DNA of 63,861 bases, filler included, from Diploschistes diacapsis (Eukaryota), in the NCBI GenBank assembly GCA_023645945.1. It is 15 parts of 15 records of this genome, joined end to end, with 100 filler letters (N's around TTAATTAATTAA, not from the genome) between each part and the next. Parts side by side here need not be neighbours in the genome. Positions count along the whole stretch, not along the records: positions 1 to 21,639 come from JALAIB010000301.1; 14 more parts are not named here. One strand, given 5' to 3'. Both the position numbers and the translations under genes were made by a program. The notes beneath the pieces were generated by a model. That model did no database searches, was not told where the DNA came from, and worked only from the letters and a program-made list of their open reading frames with translations. This document shows, piece after piece, positions 1 to 12,672 of this stretch; within the stretch, counting starts at the first letter, position 1; every line of letters starts with the position of its first letter.

Positions 1-100
1 ATCCCGGAGCGCGGGGGGGGGAGGTGAGGTATGGGTGAAAGTGGATTGGCGGGTTGGGCGTGGAGATACTGTGGAACGGGAGGGAGGTGATATTTACCAT
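1..100 (-). CDS. Possible 5' end of a gene running off the contig (ATG followed immediately by a candidate intron)
   Basis: Minus strand reads gtcaacATG|GTAAAT (ATG at 100-98, good Kozak context, donor-like hexamer), followed by C-rich intron-like sequence to the contig end. The product cannot be assigned. Confidence 0.3.
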   Translation of the reverse strand, partial: MVNITSLPFHSISTPNPPIHFHPYLTSPPRAPG

Positions 101-423
101 GTTGACTCGCATCTTCGGCCGTCTGTGCCTTGTTGTTCAGCATTAACCTTTGAATCTTTGACACCGGCTGCATGAAGCGCATGGCATCTGAACACGCGAT
201 TTGCTCATACAGTAACAACGGCATTGGCATTGGCATTGGCGTTGTAACATTAATGGAAAGCCAGACGCTTGTGCAGCAGCGTACCAAAAATTTCCTTCGC
301 ATCTCTTGAGCCAGTACCTGTATAAACTGCGACGCCGAGAAGACAGCCGCATTGACACCATCCAAGACTCCGCGTACATGTGCGCCACTAGCTCCAAAGT
401 CATGAGAGTTTGCATAACGTACA

Positions 424-3119
424 TCACGCCCAAGCCGCATTCAATGCTTCCTCGTCCATCAGGAGCTCATCAAGTGCCAGCTCGTCCTCGATCCTACTAT
501 CCCGCGTCACGGGGCGACTGAACGTCGTCGAACGGCTCGACGTCGCCGCCGCCGTCGCCGTCGAGGCCGAGCTCGCCATATGCACGCTGTAGAGGCTATC
601 GTAGAACTTGCGAACCTTGTCGTGCGCCATTACCTTCTTCGGGTCAAAGCGTATGATTTGCAGGCCTTGTTGCGTAGTAGCTCGACTGAGGGCAACGTAG
701 GCTTGGCCCTTCTCGAAGATCTTACCGAGATCTACCCTCACCCGTTCCAGCGTTTGGCCTTGAGCTTTGTGGATCGAGAGAGCCCACGCTAGGATTAGAG
801 GTATTTGGCTACGTTGAGCTTGAATCTCGCCGCTAGGAAGCTCGATCTTCCAGGCTTCTCGGGTGCAGAGGAGATCCCTATAAGTTCCGTCCGCCAAGGG
901 AAATCGAACCACAGGCCAGACCTGGCTAGTGCTGGCAGGGTTGTCTTTGTTGACCAAGGACTTCAACTTCTCCCGAGCGGCAAGCACGCTATCCTGCTCG
1001 ATCCCAGAAGAATCAATTGGCTGGAATTGGTCCTCGTCATCGACGTAGTGCTCGTATGTGCGTTCGTCCATGAATGCAATGACCTTGCCAATTGAACCAT
1101 TTACGAGGCATTCGTCAAGGTTCTTAATAAGCATGACTTGAGAACCTTTCTTGAGGATCATAGATTGAGGCGCCATGCAGTTAGATAGGAGCTTATCTCT
1201 TTGAGCAGTATCCACTATAGTCCCGCTGTCTTGTGCGTTAAAGGTATAGCTTCGTCCGCCTAATTGGTGCATACGCATGTTATTCGCGTTTTCGACCTCG
1301 TTTCTTGTAGGGAATCTATCATGGTGCCAGCAATTAGCGAGGTTGTGGTATGGTTGCCCGGCTAATACTTACAGCTCGGTTGCCTCGACGTCGTCGATAA
1401 AATCTATCTTGCGGTTAAGCTTGAAAAAAGCATTTATCGATTCCTTCGAGAGCTTCCCTACGCGCATTTCATTTAGCATATTGGCGAAAGCTAGCCAAAG
1501 TCAGCATCGCATCAGCGGCTAAGAGCAACGCAAATCTTACTCGGATCCTTTTGGCGAAAGACTTGGGTCAAGCCTATTGTGTGTTGCAGCGAGGTGGACC
1601 AAGTGGCTGCGTCAAAGGCAAATGTAGCTTCTCGCCCAAAGTCAGGCACAGGGGGAAGCTGGAAAAAGTCGCCAGTTACAACAAGCTGCATGCCTCCAAA
1701 GGGTCTGCCGTTATTGCGGATAGCGCGGGCGATCTTCTCGAGTTTGTCGAAAAGCGTGCCGTCCACCATTGATATCTCGTCTATGATCAAGACTTTTGTT
1801 CTTAACCAACGATTCTTCGCCTTTGGGTTCCTCTTGATCTTCTTGACAAGCTCTTCTGCAGCTTCTTTTCCCAAGCCGATGCCAGAAAAGCTGTGCAAAG
1901 TGACACCACCGATGTTGCATGCAGCAAGCCCAGTGGAAGCCGTCACTGCGACCCGATCCGGCTCTCGCCTATACTTTTTTCGCAGATCCGTGATAATCTC
2001 TCGCATTAGCACCGACTTGCCAGTTCCCGCAGACCCGGTAAAGAAAACGCTCTTTTGATCTTCCACCACAAGGTTGAGTACTCTTTTCTGTTCGTCACTG
2101 AGAAATACGCGAGCCACGGTTTTCTCACGCAACTTCCGTTTGGTCACGACCTTGCCGCCTTCATCGACCTGCTTGGTTAGCTTCTTTCCCTGGTTCCCTT
2201 TTTGTCGATGCCTCTTCTGCTCCTCTTTGATTGCACTAGCGGTTTTATTCCAAGGATGAGAAGCACCTGTCGTATTCTTAGTTAACGGTGTATATTGCTC
2301 ACCTGAGCGTACTGCGGCATCGTTGAGCTGTCCGTTGCTTGACCCCACTTTGTCTCCATGCTTGTGGGCTAAAGATTCCTGACCCTGTTCGTTCGTATTC
2401 TTATTTAACCAAGGTAATGTCCTACGCTTACTCGGTCGAGGGCCTGCGTTCGACTGGGCGACTTCATTGGTTTCGGTAGCGGTTTCATCTGTCGTCCCTG
2501 CTCGCTGAAGGAGAGCGGAACGAGGAAGCGGAGTTTTGTGTGAGAGTGGAGACGAGGACCACTCTATCAGGCTGTTACTTAATGCTGTGGACCGTTCCGG
2601 ACTTTTTCGCTTGGCTATGGGCAGATTCGGTTCTGACGGTAGCTGGGGGTAAGCGATGGAGTGATCGGAGCCTTGATGCTGCACAAGGGGCAACGAGCCA
2701 GATTGCAAACTCGGATACTGTATTGAATCAGGATTTCCGTGGTCGAGATCGATATCATCATCATCAACAAAGTCGTTCTCGTCGAAGAAGGCGCCTTGAT
2801 GGAGCTTGTTGACGATGCCAGAGCTCGTATACGTAATTGGCTGTTTTGACATTGTGTTTCTCTGAAGACGGCGCGAAGCAGTCGCGGACGCTATTTGGCA
2901 TGCGGTTCGTTTTAACGGATTCGTAGAGGATGTGAAAGCACTTTCTCGAGAAGTATTAAGCACACCGGAGCGATTAGGCTTCAGGATGATATCCTGGCGT
3001 GGGGGATTTGGCGCGGCAGTGGGTTTGCTCGACGGGATTGTTTGCTTTCCTGAGTCCGAAATTCTCTGCAATTGCAAATTGGTGGCTGAATTATGTTCCT
3101 GTACGGCGCGGGCGAACAT
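424..3119 (-). CDS. PIF1: ATP-dependent 5'-3' DNA helicase Pif1/Rrm3 family; exons 3119-1541, 1490-1373, 1315-424
   Basis: Walker [76 protein letters not shown]. Two GT-AG introns join the frames ([24 protein letters not shown]). Confidence 0.95.
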
Positions 3120-4102
3120 ATTGCTCCCTATCGTTGAAAACTTCCTCAGTAGAGCCTGCTGGCGTAGTGGCGACGCGGTGAGGAGCAACCGGGTAGCTCT
3201 AGGCGCCAGCCAGGCCTTTCGAAACCGACATACCGCCAGAGCGTTGTATGTCTGGGGTCAACGTGGCTAAAGTCACGTCTGAGTCTGTTTCATAGAGTGA
3301 CTGGTACAAAGCTTGGGGAGTTGGTTGTTTTAGCAACATGCGTATATTCGATGGAAACCCTGACATGCAAAAAAAGGGAGCACGCTCCAACGTGATAAGC
3401 CAGTCCTCTTAAGGAATAGCTCAGTCTTACCTTCTTGGTTCATCGAGTAACTATTACAGGGACTTTATGCAGTGTGTTGTGGGTTTACAATGAAAAGGTA
3501 ACTTATACGTAACAAAATCATCGTTTCCATTCACAGTGATTACCGATGTGAATGAATGCATTGAAGGGCGGATGGCCACGAAAAGACCAAATGCCATGGA
3601 AGGAGAGTAGTCACTGCGAGAAAGAAAGAAAGGTTGAAATCAACTTTAGGGTGTACGTGTGGGATTGGATTCTTAGGGGGTCTATCGCATACAATCTAAC
3701 TAAAAGCAAGCAACGTAGACCTGGAATCATCTGAAAACTTCGGGTATACTGCATGTCAACCGTCAGCATAACCAAGCAGGACAAGACACCGTAGGGAACT
3801 CGTGCTCTCGTAACTGAACGCGCATAAAGCCAGATCGCTCTGTAATATCAACACTATCAACCCAACAGTAATCAAGCAACAATGCCGTGATCACGTCCAC
3901 CGAGCAAATAGATCAAACTTTTCTCCATCCAAGAACTACAGCAGTAGGGAAGACGAACCTCTGCGGGCGCAAAATAAAGAGTCGAAAGACACAATGGTGC
4001 GGGAAGAGAAGTAAGCCCGGAGCTAATCACGGGACAAGAAGCAAAGAGCGAGGCACAGCGGTCGACGAGGCCAGAATTGGTGACGAAAAGAGCCCGGAAA
4101 GA

Positions 4103-6115
4103 TTAGAATTGGCCGTACCCAGCTGCACCTCCAGTGCCAACGTTGGGTCCTGCACGTTGCTGGCCCCAACCGGCGGCCGAGTTTTGATCATGGCCATATC
4201 CGCCAGCACTTCCCGGCATGCCTATGTTTCCGTATCCTTGAGCGCCATATCCGCCTTGGAAGCCGCCTTGCGGTGGAAATCCACGACCGCCAGAGCTTTG
4301 CGGGGTGGTAGGAGTGTGACCATAGCCAGCCATTCCGCCAGCAGAATTGGGACCGCCTTGAGCTTGTCCGTAGCCTGACATGCCAGCAGATCCAGGAATT
4401 GGCTGATTTCCGCCATATCCAGGCATGTTTGCACCAGGACCTGCTTGGCTCGGGCCGAAGCCGTGCATGGCCCCAGATGGGGCTTGAGGAGAGATTGGTG
4501 GAGCATATTGAGGGAAGTTACCGAAAGCGGGTGGGCTCTGGCTGAAAGACGGTGTTGAAGGTTGGCCAGCTGGCGAGAATGGCTCAAATTGCCCGGTTGA
4601 AGGTCGGTCTTTGCCCCACTGTGTAATCTATTAGTGTTTTTCACCTATCAGTGCTGGGCCGACACTTACGCTGCATTTCATTGGCCGACCATTGACATTG
4701 TAACCAGACAGCTGGCAAATGGCCATGGCAGCGTTTTCGTGGGAGTCCATCTTAACAAAGGCGAATCCGCGATCGGCAGAAAAGCGAGTTTCAACAACAT
4801 AGCCAAAGTTTTGGAAAAGAGGGACAATGTCGTTTTGGGTAGTGTATGGAGTCAAATTACCAACGTAGCAGGTGGTCTGCCACTGAGGAGTCTGTGCCAT
4901 AACCATGTCGTAACTTTGCACTCCTGCAGCCGGGAATTGATGGTGACCACTGAAGGAAGTGGCAGGGCTCATTCCCATAGCCGCCATAACCTGCTGCTGC
5001 GAGATTGAAGGCTGACCTTTTTGGTTGGCCCAGTTGCAGCGGATAGCCCGAGATCCAAGCCATTCCCCATCCATCGAGCTCAAAGCCTTTTCTGCATCAG
5101 GGCGGTCGCGAAAGGCAGCGAAGCCATAGCCACGCGAGCGGCCTGTCTTCATATCCCACATAACACGAGCTTCGGAGATGGACCCAAACGCAGAGAAGGC
5201 TTGGTACAGGACCTCATCATTGACCTCATTGCTAAGATCGCCCACGAAAATGTGGAAATGGTTGGATGTATCTTCCTTGCTGTTGTTATTGGACTGGTAA
5301 GCCCAGTTGACCCGGATTTCCTACAAGTAGTGTGAGTTATTTCGGACTTGCGATGGCTTAGGACGTGGAAGCAGTAGAAACTTACCGACTGGTGAACACG
5401 ACGTCCATTAAGGTTCTGCATTGCGCGTTCTGCAGCACCTGGATCGTCGTATTCGACGAACCCGTAATTGAGACCTTTGTTTTGATACTGAGAGGCAATG
5501 AGCTGTGTAAGAAGTTAGCGCGGCAGCTCGCATTTAAAATTCTCGGATAGCGTGGTGGGATCAAAGTTTAAGATAAACTCTTAGGACGATCCGACGTTGT
5601 TGCGAAATTGGCGCGTTCAACAAGCCAAGGTGCATAACCTAACATCAAGCTCATGCAAGTCTCCTATTGGGCAGTAGCACCAAAGCTAGACCTCACAAAT
5701 CTGACCACACCTTGAAAAGGGAGGAGGTTCAACCTACATTCTTGTCGGGGATTATCTTCACACTAACAACATGGCCAGCTGTCTCGAATATCTGGCGGAG
5801 AATTTCTTCCGTCACCCTCTGGTCCAATCCTCCTACGTAAAGCGCTCTCTTATTGGGCTCAGGCGCAGATCTTCTAACTGAGCCTCCGTTGCTGCCACCT
5901 GGAGATAGCACACCGCCTGGGCTTCCGGAATAAGGGGACGTCACAGCAGTTGGTATAGGGTTGTTATTCTGTGGGATGACGACGGGTGGTAGAGGGGGCG
6001 GTGGCATGTGGCCAGAGTTCGCAGAGCCGTTGGGCGTGTTCGTCCCGGGAGCGGCTGCACTCTGCGGTGGAGGAGGAAGATTGGCCTGACTGGAGGTAGC
6101 AGTTGGTTCGGCCAT
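4103..6115 (-). CDS. PUB1: Three-RRM poly(U)-binding protein, Pub1/TIA-1 family, with G/Q/Y-rich low-complexity tail; exons 6115-5738, 5502(or 5487)-5386, 5320-4670, 4618-4103
   Basis: RNP motifs ALYVGGLD, NYGFVEY, IFVGDLS, RGYGFAAF, CYVGNL, RGFAFVKM; IRVNWA and IRCNWA; canonical splice sites. Confidence 0.93.
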
Positions 6116-7056
6116 TGCTCGGTGCTATAAATGAAACAGGATTACGACAGTATCGAAAGAAGAGAGCTGACGCTGAAGCGAAACTTTTGAACAAGGCCCT
6201 GTCACTTTGTTGTAGCAAGGCAGGTACTGAGGTGCGTCTAGAAACCGGAGATGCCGTCAGGAGAATTACGAGCCAACGCCAGCGATGCAACGAGATCGAA
6301 ATTCGGAAAAGATCTGTCCTTAAGAGATCAGATCTCGGAAGTGTCCTTTTGCTCGAAAGGTTAGATCTGGGGGCCCAAGCTCCAAAAAGAAACCACAAGC
6401 AAGAACCACTGTAGTTTTTGCGAGCTTGTTAAAGAAGGAGGGAAGCAAGCCAGGTAAGTTCCCGGACTCGGACTCAGCAGCTGTTGGCACCAAGAAGAAA
6501 TAGTAGATGAATCGAGCGAGCCCTGCAGATTTGCAGACAGCCAACGAGCGAGACTTTCGATTTACCCCCCCACAACAAGCAGCACTGGAGCGAGTCAAGA
6601 ACGTAGTCGACGAGATCTCCGAAAGCGAGCCTCCGCACAAGCAAAGAAATACGACGAGTAGGAAAAGTGACGAGAGAAATGTGCCGACAAAAAGTGTGGA
6701 TTTGGGTGAAGATGTGAAGAAAGAAGACGACGATGTATGAAAGTGGTTCACTCACTGCAAGCTCTGCCGAGATTGAGGCTCCAAGACTTGGCACACTTTA
6801 AAGTCCGGGAAGAAAGGTTGTGCCGGAAACCGATGCGCTTTGACAGGGCACACGTGACTCAGGCCAGTGCGGCCCAGAGTAAGCAGGACTACTGACACAA
6901 TTTACAACACTCTCAGACAGGCAGCCCAGGGTCGAAGAACGTCGGTCGGGCCTGCAAGTCACCCATGCGCCACAGACATCGGTGGATGTTATCTCAATAC
7001 TACAGTTGCTGATTCCAATACCGTGCAGTGGTCTATGGATAGTAGTCAAACAAGGC

Positions 7057-8311
7057 ATGGCTGTGGACAGTGCCCCTTCTCCACAAGAGCCTCTGGATAG
7101 GCTTTCCAGTCATGTCAACTCAGTGGTAAGCGTTGGCCCCCAGTCAGCAATCAGCGGCAGCTGGCTCACCTGTGAAAGCTTGTATCCATTGGCAGGATCT
7201 TCCAACAGTCGGTGCGGAATGATCCCAAGGCTTACAGTCGATCCCGGAGCCAGAGCCATGATGCGATATCAAGAGCAAATCGCCAATTCCACGAAGCTCT
7301 CGACGAGATAGAGATCGAATTAGTAAGTGCAAGTAGCGCAGTATCATCTCCTTTACAGCCCTTTCAAGCCTTCCGATCACCGGCCACCTGTTTGTGGGAC
7401 AAGTGCTTACTGTGCTCAAGTTGAATGCAAAGTCGGTGTTGGAGAGAGATCTAGCTTCCCTTCAAGCAAAAAGAGCTGAACGAGAGATTGCTCTGCGCGC
7501 TGAAAGATTGCGAGCATCCGGCAAGGAGGTCCATCCTGGAACACTGCAGAACGAAACAAATGACGTATCCGACGATGCACCTATGAAACGCGAAACGAAC
7601 ATTGGCCCGTCTTTGTTGTCTTCAAATGACTCAAAAATACAGGAAGCCAAAGTGGCGGATCAATCATCTGCAGGCTCCAGTGCAGCCAAGCATGAACTGC
7701 CCGGTGGAAACGTTGTGCCGAGCTCAGGGGCTATGGGAGGTGATGCAAATCAAATGACAACGGACAGAGGGCAAACTCCACAAGAGTTAAAGGACCTAGG
7801 CATGACAGGAGACATCTTTCGCACCGGTCTCGGAACTACAGGATTCTCCGACCTGACCAATGGTACAGACTTTGATACCATGTTCAACAATGATTCTGGT
7901 GCAACCGGTCCAAATGCCTTAAACTTCGGACTTGACTTTTCCAGTAGCAATGCTACAATGGTGACTGGATCAAAGACGGATGTTAACAACCTTGAAACAA
8001 CATCAAGTGAGGATATCAACTCTCTCCTACCGGGTCTGGAAAACTACGTCAACGCAGATGGCGACAGCGCAATGGACGAATTTGCAATGCTAGATGTTGC
8101 AGAAGGAGATACTGTTCCCAACGCTGCACTGAGCACAGCACTACAACAGACCTCTACTGCTTCGCAGAATACTCCTGGCAAAGCAAGTGTTGGTAGCGGT
8201 AATACCGCGAGCACCGATGCGAATCTTGATATATTCTTCGAGGCAGATAATCTGGAAGACGGTGGAAATGGGGAGGTCAAAATTTTTGATTTCGATGATT
8301 GGTTCAACTAG
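7057..8311 (+). CDS. Conserved fungal protein with N-terminal helical/coiled-coil domain and acidic low-complexity tail; probable Mediator tail subunit Med2-like; exons 7057-7125, 7179-7322, 7421-8311
   Basis: Two GTAAG..AG introns give an open frame (LVSIGRIF..FHEALDEIEIEL/LNAKSVLERDL). Tail is D/N/F-rich and ends DFDDWFN. The gene model is well supported; the Med2 identity is inference. Confidence 0.6.
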
Positions 8312-8685
8312 CTTCGGCTTTCCCTGTCGGACAATATTCTCTGGAAAATACTTTAACTCGAGAGGCGGGCCACTCAGCAAAAGCATGGAGTGGCACTAGG
8401 AAGATATATGTCGAAGAAGTGGGCATGTGTTTACTCAGATATGAACATTATATGAACATTAGAGAATCTCTCAAATACTATTAATTCAACAGATAGATAA
8501 TGTCTTCCATGCACAAGAGGGTGCTGTGAAAGACTCACTCGTTTGAGCCTATCCCATGCTGAGATGATCTTTGTATCTAGATACCTACAGTTAGTATATA
8601 ATTATATATCAGTCGGAATTTGATCTGCGTAACTGCAAGTAGTATCACGGTTCTCCAGCGCTTTTTCGTAGACTTTACTTCCGGG

Positions 8686-8937
8686 CCCTGTAGTCGATGT
8701 TCAGTTATTCGAACAAAAAAGAAAGTATTCGTATTCGAATATTTTATTCGAATAAAAAACCTATAGACTACTAAAAAATTTTTATAAAAGCCTTATAAAA
8801 ATCACTTCTTATAAAAAATTTAATACATTTTCAATTTACGCTTTTAAACGATCCGTTAACTCAACTAACGATCGTTTATTTATTAAATTGCGTCATTAAT
8901 TTCGTATTCGAATAACTGAATAATTTTGACTACAGGG
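8686..8937. mobile_element. 252-bp non-autonomous TIR element (MITE), hAT-like
   Basis: Terminal inverted repeats CCCTGTAGTC..TTCAGTTATTCGAA / TTCGAATAACTGAA..GACTACAGGG; 8-bp target-site duplication CTTCCGGG (8678-8685) / CTTCTGGG (8938-8945); AT-rich RIP-like interior. Confidence 0.85.
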
Positions 8938-9247
8938 CTTCTGGGTAGTCTGCGCCGAGCAGCTGAGCTGAAAAAGGAGTATAACCTCCAACGATGTCCA
9001 ACAGTTAGCACGTTCCTCTTTTCTTCTTAATGCTGGAGGCTGTTATGATATGACATCTTGAGTCCTCTTTGATTGGTGCAGTGATGCGCAGTTCTGGGCC
9101 GTTCTAGGGCAACGATATGCAGCTTCAAGTTTGCAGATTGTCGCGCGTCCTACAGCGCACAAGTCTTTTAATGGAGATGGCTTTGGATTCAATAAGTCTG
9201 ATGAAGTAGAAGGCGCCTTCTCATGCCTCAGATGCATGAATAGCATC

Positions 9248-12200
9248 ATGGCGACAACTCCCGAGAAACCTATTAATAATGGCAACTCCTCTGCCGGGGA
9301 AACAGATGCCCAAGAAAACCGGGACAAGACGTCGTTTTCCAATGTCAAGAAGCTATGGGACAAGCTTGGCTTAGATTCTTCAATTTTGAAGACAATGTTC
9401 AAGTATGCACGATGGTCGATCTGCGCTCTACAGTCAGTTGAGGCTAACCTGTTTTGTTAAATCTGGAAAGGGGTGCATGCCCTCCTACGATTGCCATAGC
9501 CCTGTAAGGACAATCCTGGCTTCCATTGGCATATCACTCACTGTATATCAGCTATCAGTATGAGGGGTTCGCGCTCAACTTTCCCACTGTGGGCTACCTA
9601 GTGGCCATCATGTCCATCCTATCTATGTGTATCGTGCCTCGAGCAAAGTTCTTTCAGAGCATGGCGTTTAGCATTATCGCCGTATGCGTAGGGTCGTCCG
9701 TCGCCCTGTTGACCTGCTACTGCTCTGTGCAGGCTCGATTGCATACCTCGCAGCCGACATTGACCAGCACTCCTGGCGCTTCCGGAACCACTCAAGCCGT
9801 CGAGTACAACTCAAGCGCTAGCGCTGTTTGTGCGGTCTTGCTGTTCTTCAACATTATGTTCGCAAATACTCTACGTTTCTCGCGACCACAGCTTCAAACG
9901 CCGGTGATCATGTACTCCATCTTCGCCAATGTCTCAGTACGTTAGCTCCCTCTGCACTGATACTCTTACTAACTCCCGAAATGGGAACGTATGCTCCCAT
10001 ATTCGCTACAATGACCCAAAGCATCTCGTTTGTGAAGCAGCTGATGGAAGCCTTCCTTTCCGGCTTTGCGATTGCTACCGTTGTACATTTAGTCGTATTC
10101 CCTAGAAGCTCTCGTGATGTCGTCCTCGACGAGTTCAAAGATTACTGTGCAGCATTGAAGCGAGCCATCCGAGCGCAACAAAAGTACCTTCAGACCATGG
10201 AGCACGGAGATATGCTACAGCAAGCGGCTACTGGCAAGACCGTGTCTGATGTTGAGAAAGCAGCTAAGGACCTCAAGGCAGCGTTGACCGCCTTGGGAGG
10301 TCTTCACGCCAAGATCCATGCGGAACTGCCATTCGCGAAACGAGAGGTCACGTACGGACACCTGGGCGCCAAAGATGTCAAGAAGTTTTTCGGGCTCCTG
10401 CGAGCAATTTTCTTGCCAGTCCAAGGGCTTGGCTCTATCGCCGATATATTCGAGCGTTTAGCTAGCCAGCGAGGTTGGAATAGAATACCTGACAATGTTC
10501 AAGATTCTGGGTCGAGCAATGACAACCTGGATCCCGCGAGAGAAGAGGCAATATCCGAGTGGAACGAGATCATGCGGACTTTGCATCATCCTTTTGAGGC
10601 GGTTTCTCAGGGTATGATTGATGGAATAGATCACGCAAGCTATGCATTCCGACTAGCAAAGAGGCCAAGACTATCGAGAAAAGCAAAAACTCAGGGCGAC
10701 AAGGAGGCCAACGCCGGCCTTCCTGAGCCTGGCGACTCCAACTTCAGTGAATATCTGAGGGCCATCGATGAAAAACTCTGGGACAGCCGAGCCGCCGCAC
10801 TAAAAGTTTGGTGCGCTCAAAAAGGCGTCCTCTTTCCTGACAGTATCGATGCTGAAGCTGTAGCCAAAGATTTCGAACCTAAAATAACAAGGATCACTAC
10901 TCAAGAGACCAGTCGACACCAACTCTATCTCATTCTTTACATGGAATACCTTTTACATGCGGCTTCCCGTGGCGTGCTCGATCTTGTCAAGTTCGCTGAT
11001 GAAAAGCTTGCCGATGGGAGTATGGAACGTCGAAGGTTGCTTCTGCCTGGTAGGAAGAGGATGAGAAAATGGATTGCTGGTGCGTTTAGCATCGAGGACG
11101 GCTCGAACCATCATGCTCCAGACTCTGCCGAAGCCCAAATGAATTCTGTGGCACTCGGTGATGCTTTCAAGAAGCAGAAAGACCCCGAGCACCTTCCTCC
11201 AACCAACGGCTGGCAAAGATTTGGCAACGGTGTGCGAGAAATATCGCACATGCTTAGGAGTAACGAAATGGCCTTCGGCTTCCGCGTGGCCTGTGCAACC
11301 ATGTCAATTGCAATAGTAGCCTTCCTGGAACAGACACAGACCTTCTTCGTGACGCAACGCCTGGTCTGGGCAATGATCATGGTACGCAATAGGGATTGCT
11401 TGGTTTTCAGACTAACCGTTCTCACAGGTCGCTATAGGCATGACAATGACGAGTGGCTCAGGCCTGTTTGGGTTGTTCGGTAGGATTGTAGGAACTTTCG
11501 TTGCAACAGTCACCAGCATGGTAATTTGGTACATTGCTGGCGGCCGCGGAATTCCGGGAGCGGTGATCCCACTGCTGTTCGTGGTCATATTCATCATTTA
11601 CTACTTCTTCGTCAAATATCCAAGGTTCCTGCCGACGTTCATAGTCACCCAAGTTACAACATGCCTGATCGTTGGCTACGAGCTTCAGGTCGACAAGATA
11701 GGTATCGTACGAGCGGAAGCGTCGGGGCAACCATATTACCCCATTTACGAGCTCGCACCATACCGTTTGGCAACTGTTGCGGCAGGTTGCACGGTTGCCT
11801 TCTTCTGGATGTACTTCCCTTATCCGCTAACAGCCAGGAGCACTCTGCGTCGACAGCTCGGGGAGAGCATCTATATTTTAGCGAATTATCATAGCGTTGT
11901 GCACTATAGTATTCGTATGCGCCTTGATGGCACCGGAGGCGATGTCACCGACAAGCGAAGCGTCAGCTGCAGGATGGAAAAGATCCGTGGCAACTTACAG
12001 GCCAAGATGCTGGCGTTCCTCACCCAACTCCGAGGACATTTGTCGTTTGTACCATGGGAATTCTCGTTCGGAGGCAAGTTTCCTTATCAAGAGTATAATG
12101 CACTGGTGAAGGACGTCCGAAAGTGAGCTTCCCCCCTACCTGCTCGCCCACGCTCCTTCCAACCAGGCTTTCTCAGCAGACTTGATTAACCACGTATACT

Positions 12201-12672
12201 TTGTAGTCTGGTCGATTACATAGCTCTCGTCTCCTACGCATCACGTGAGTATTCACGCAATCCCAAAGATGCCGCCGCTTCAGCCTGGCTGAACGACTTC
12301 GCAATATTGACCGCCAGCATCAAGCCCATGTCGCACGAAATAACAAAGCTCCTCATCATGCTTTCCTCTGCCCTCATTGACGGCAAGCCTCTCCCTCCAT
12401 ACCTCTCGACGCCGGCCAGTTACGGCCTCAGCAACAAGCTGATGGAGCTGGATCCTGAGATCTTGAGCACGAAACACTTCCTGGAACCGGGCTACGCCAG
12501 CTTTGCGGTCACGCAGGTGGCGATCAAGCTGATAATTGAGGACCTCTGTAAGGTTCTGAAGCGTGTACAGGCCCTCGTGGGCGTGGTGGATTTCTCTTTC
12601 CATGTTGTCTCCACAAACGACTCGGACAGTACACCCGTACATGATGGGGAAGGAAAGGGCAAGCAAGAGTGA
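9248..12672 (+). CDS. Multi-pass membrane protein of the aromatic acid exporter/FUSC-like fungal family (ER-transporter 6TM N-terminal domain; Bre4-like); about 7 exons
   Basis: Spliced N-terminus MFK/GACPPTIAIAL/YQ, KDPEHLPPTN, FGFRVACATMSIAI, QRLVWAMI, VGYELQV, LAPYRLATV, FPYPLTARS, GGKFP; two hydrophobic clusters; introns with GT-AG ends. Confidence 0.8.

Noticed and set aside
6507..6740. 77-aa ORF between PUB1 and the Med2-like gene
   Set aside because: Charged composition mirrors the CT-rich leader/promoter of PUB1 on the opposite strand; no recognisable domain.
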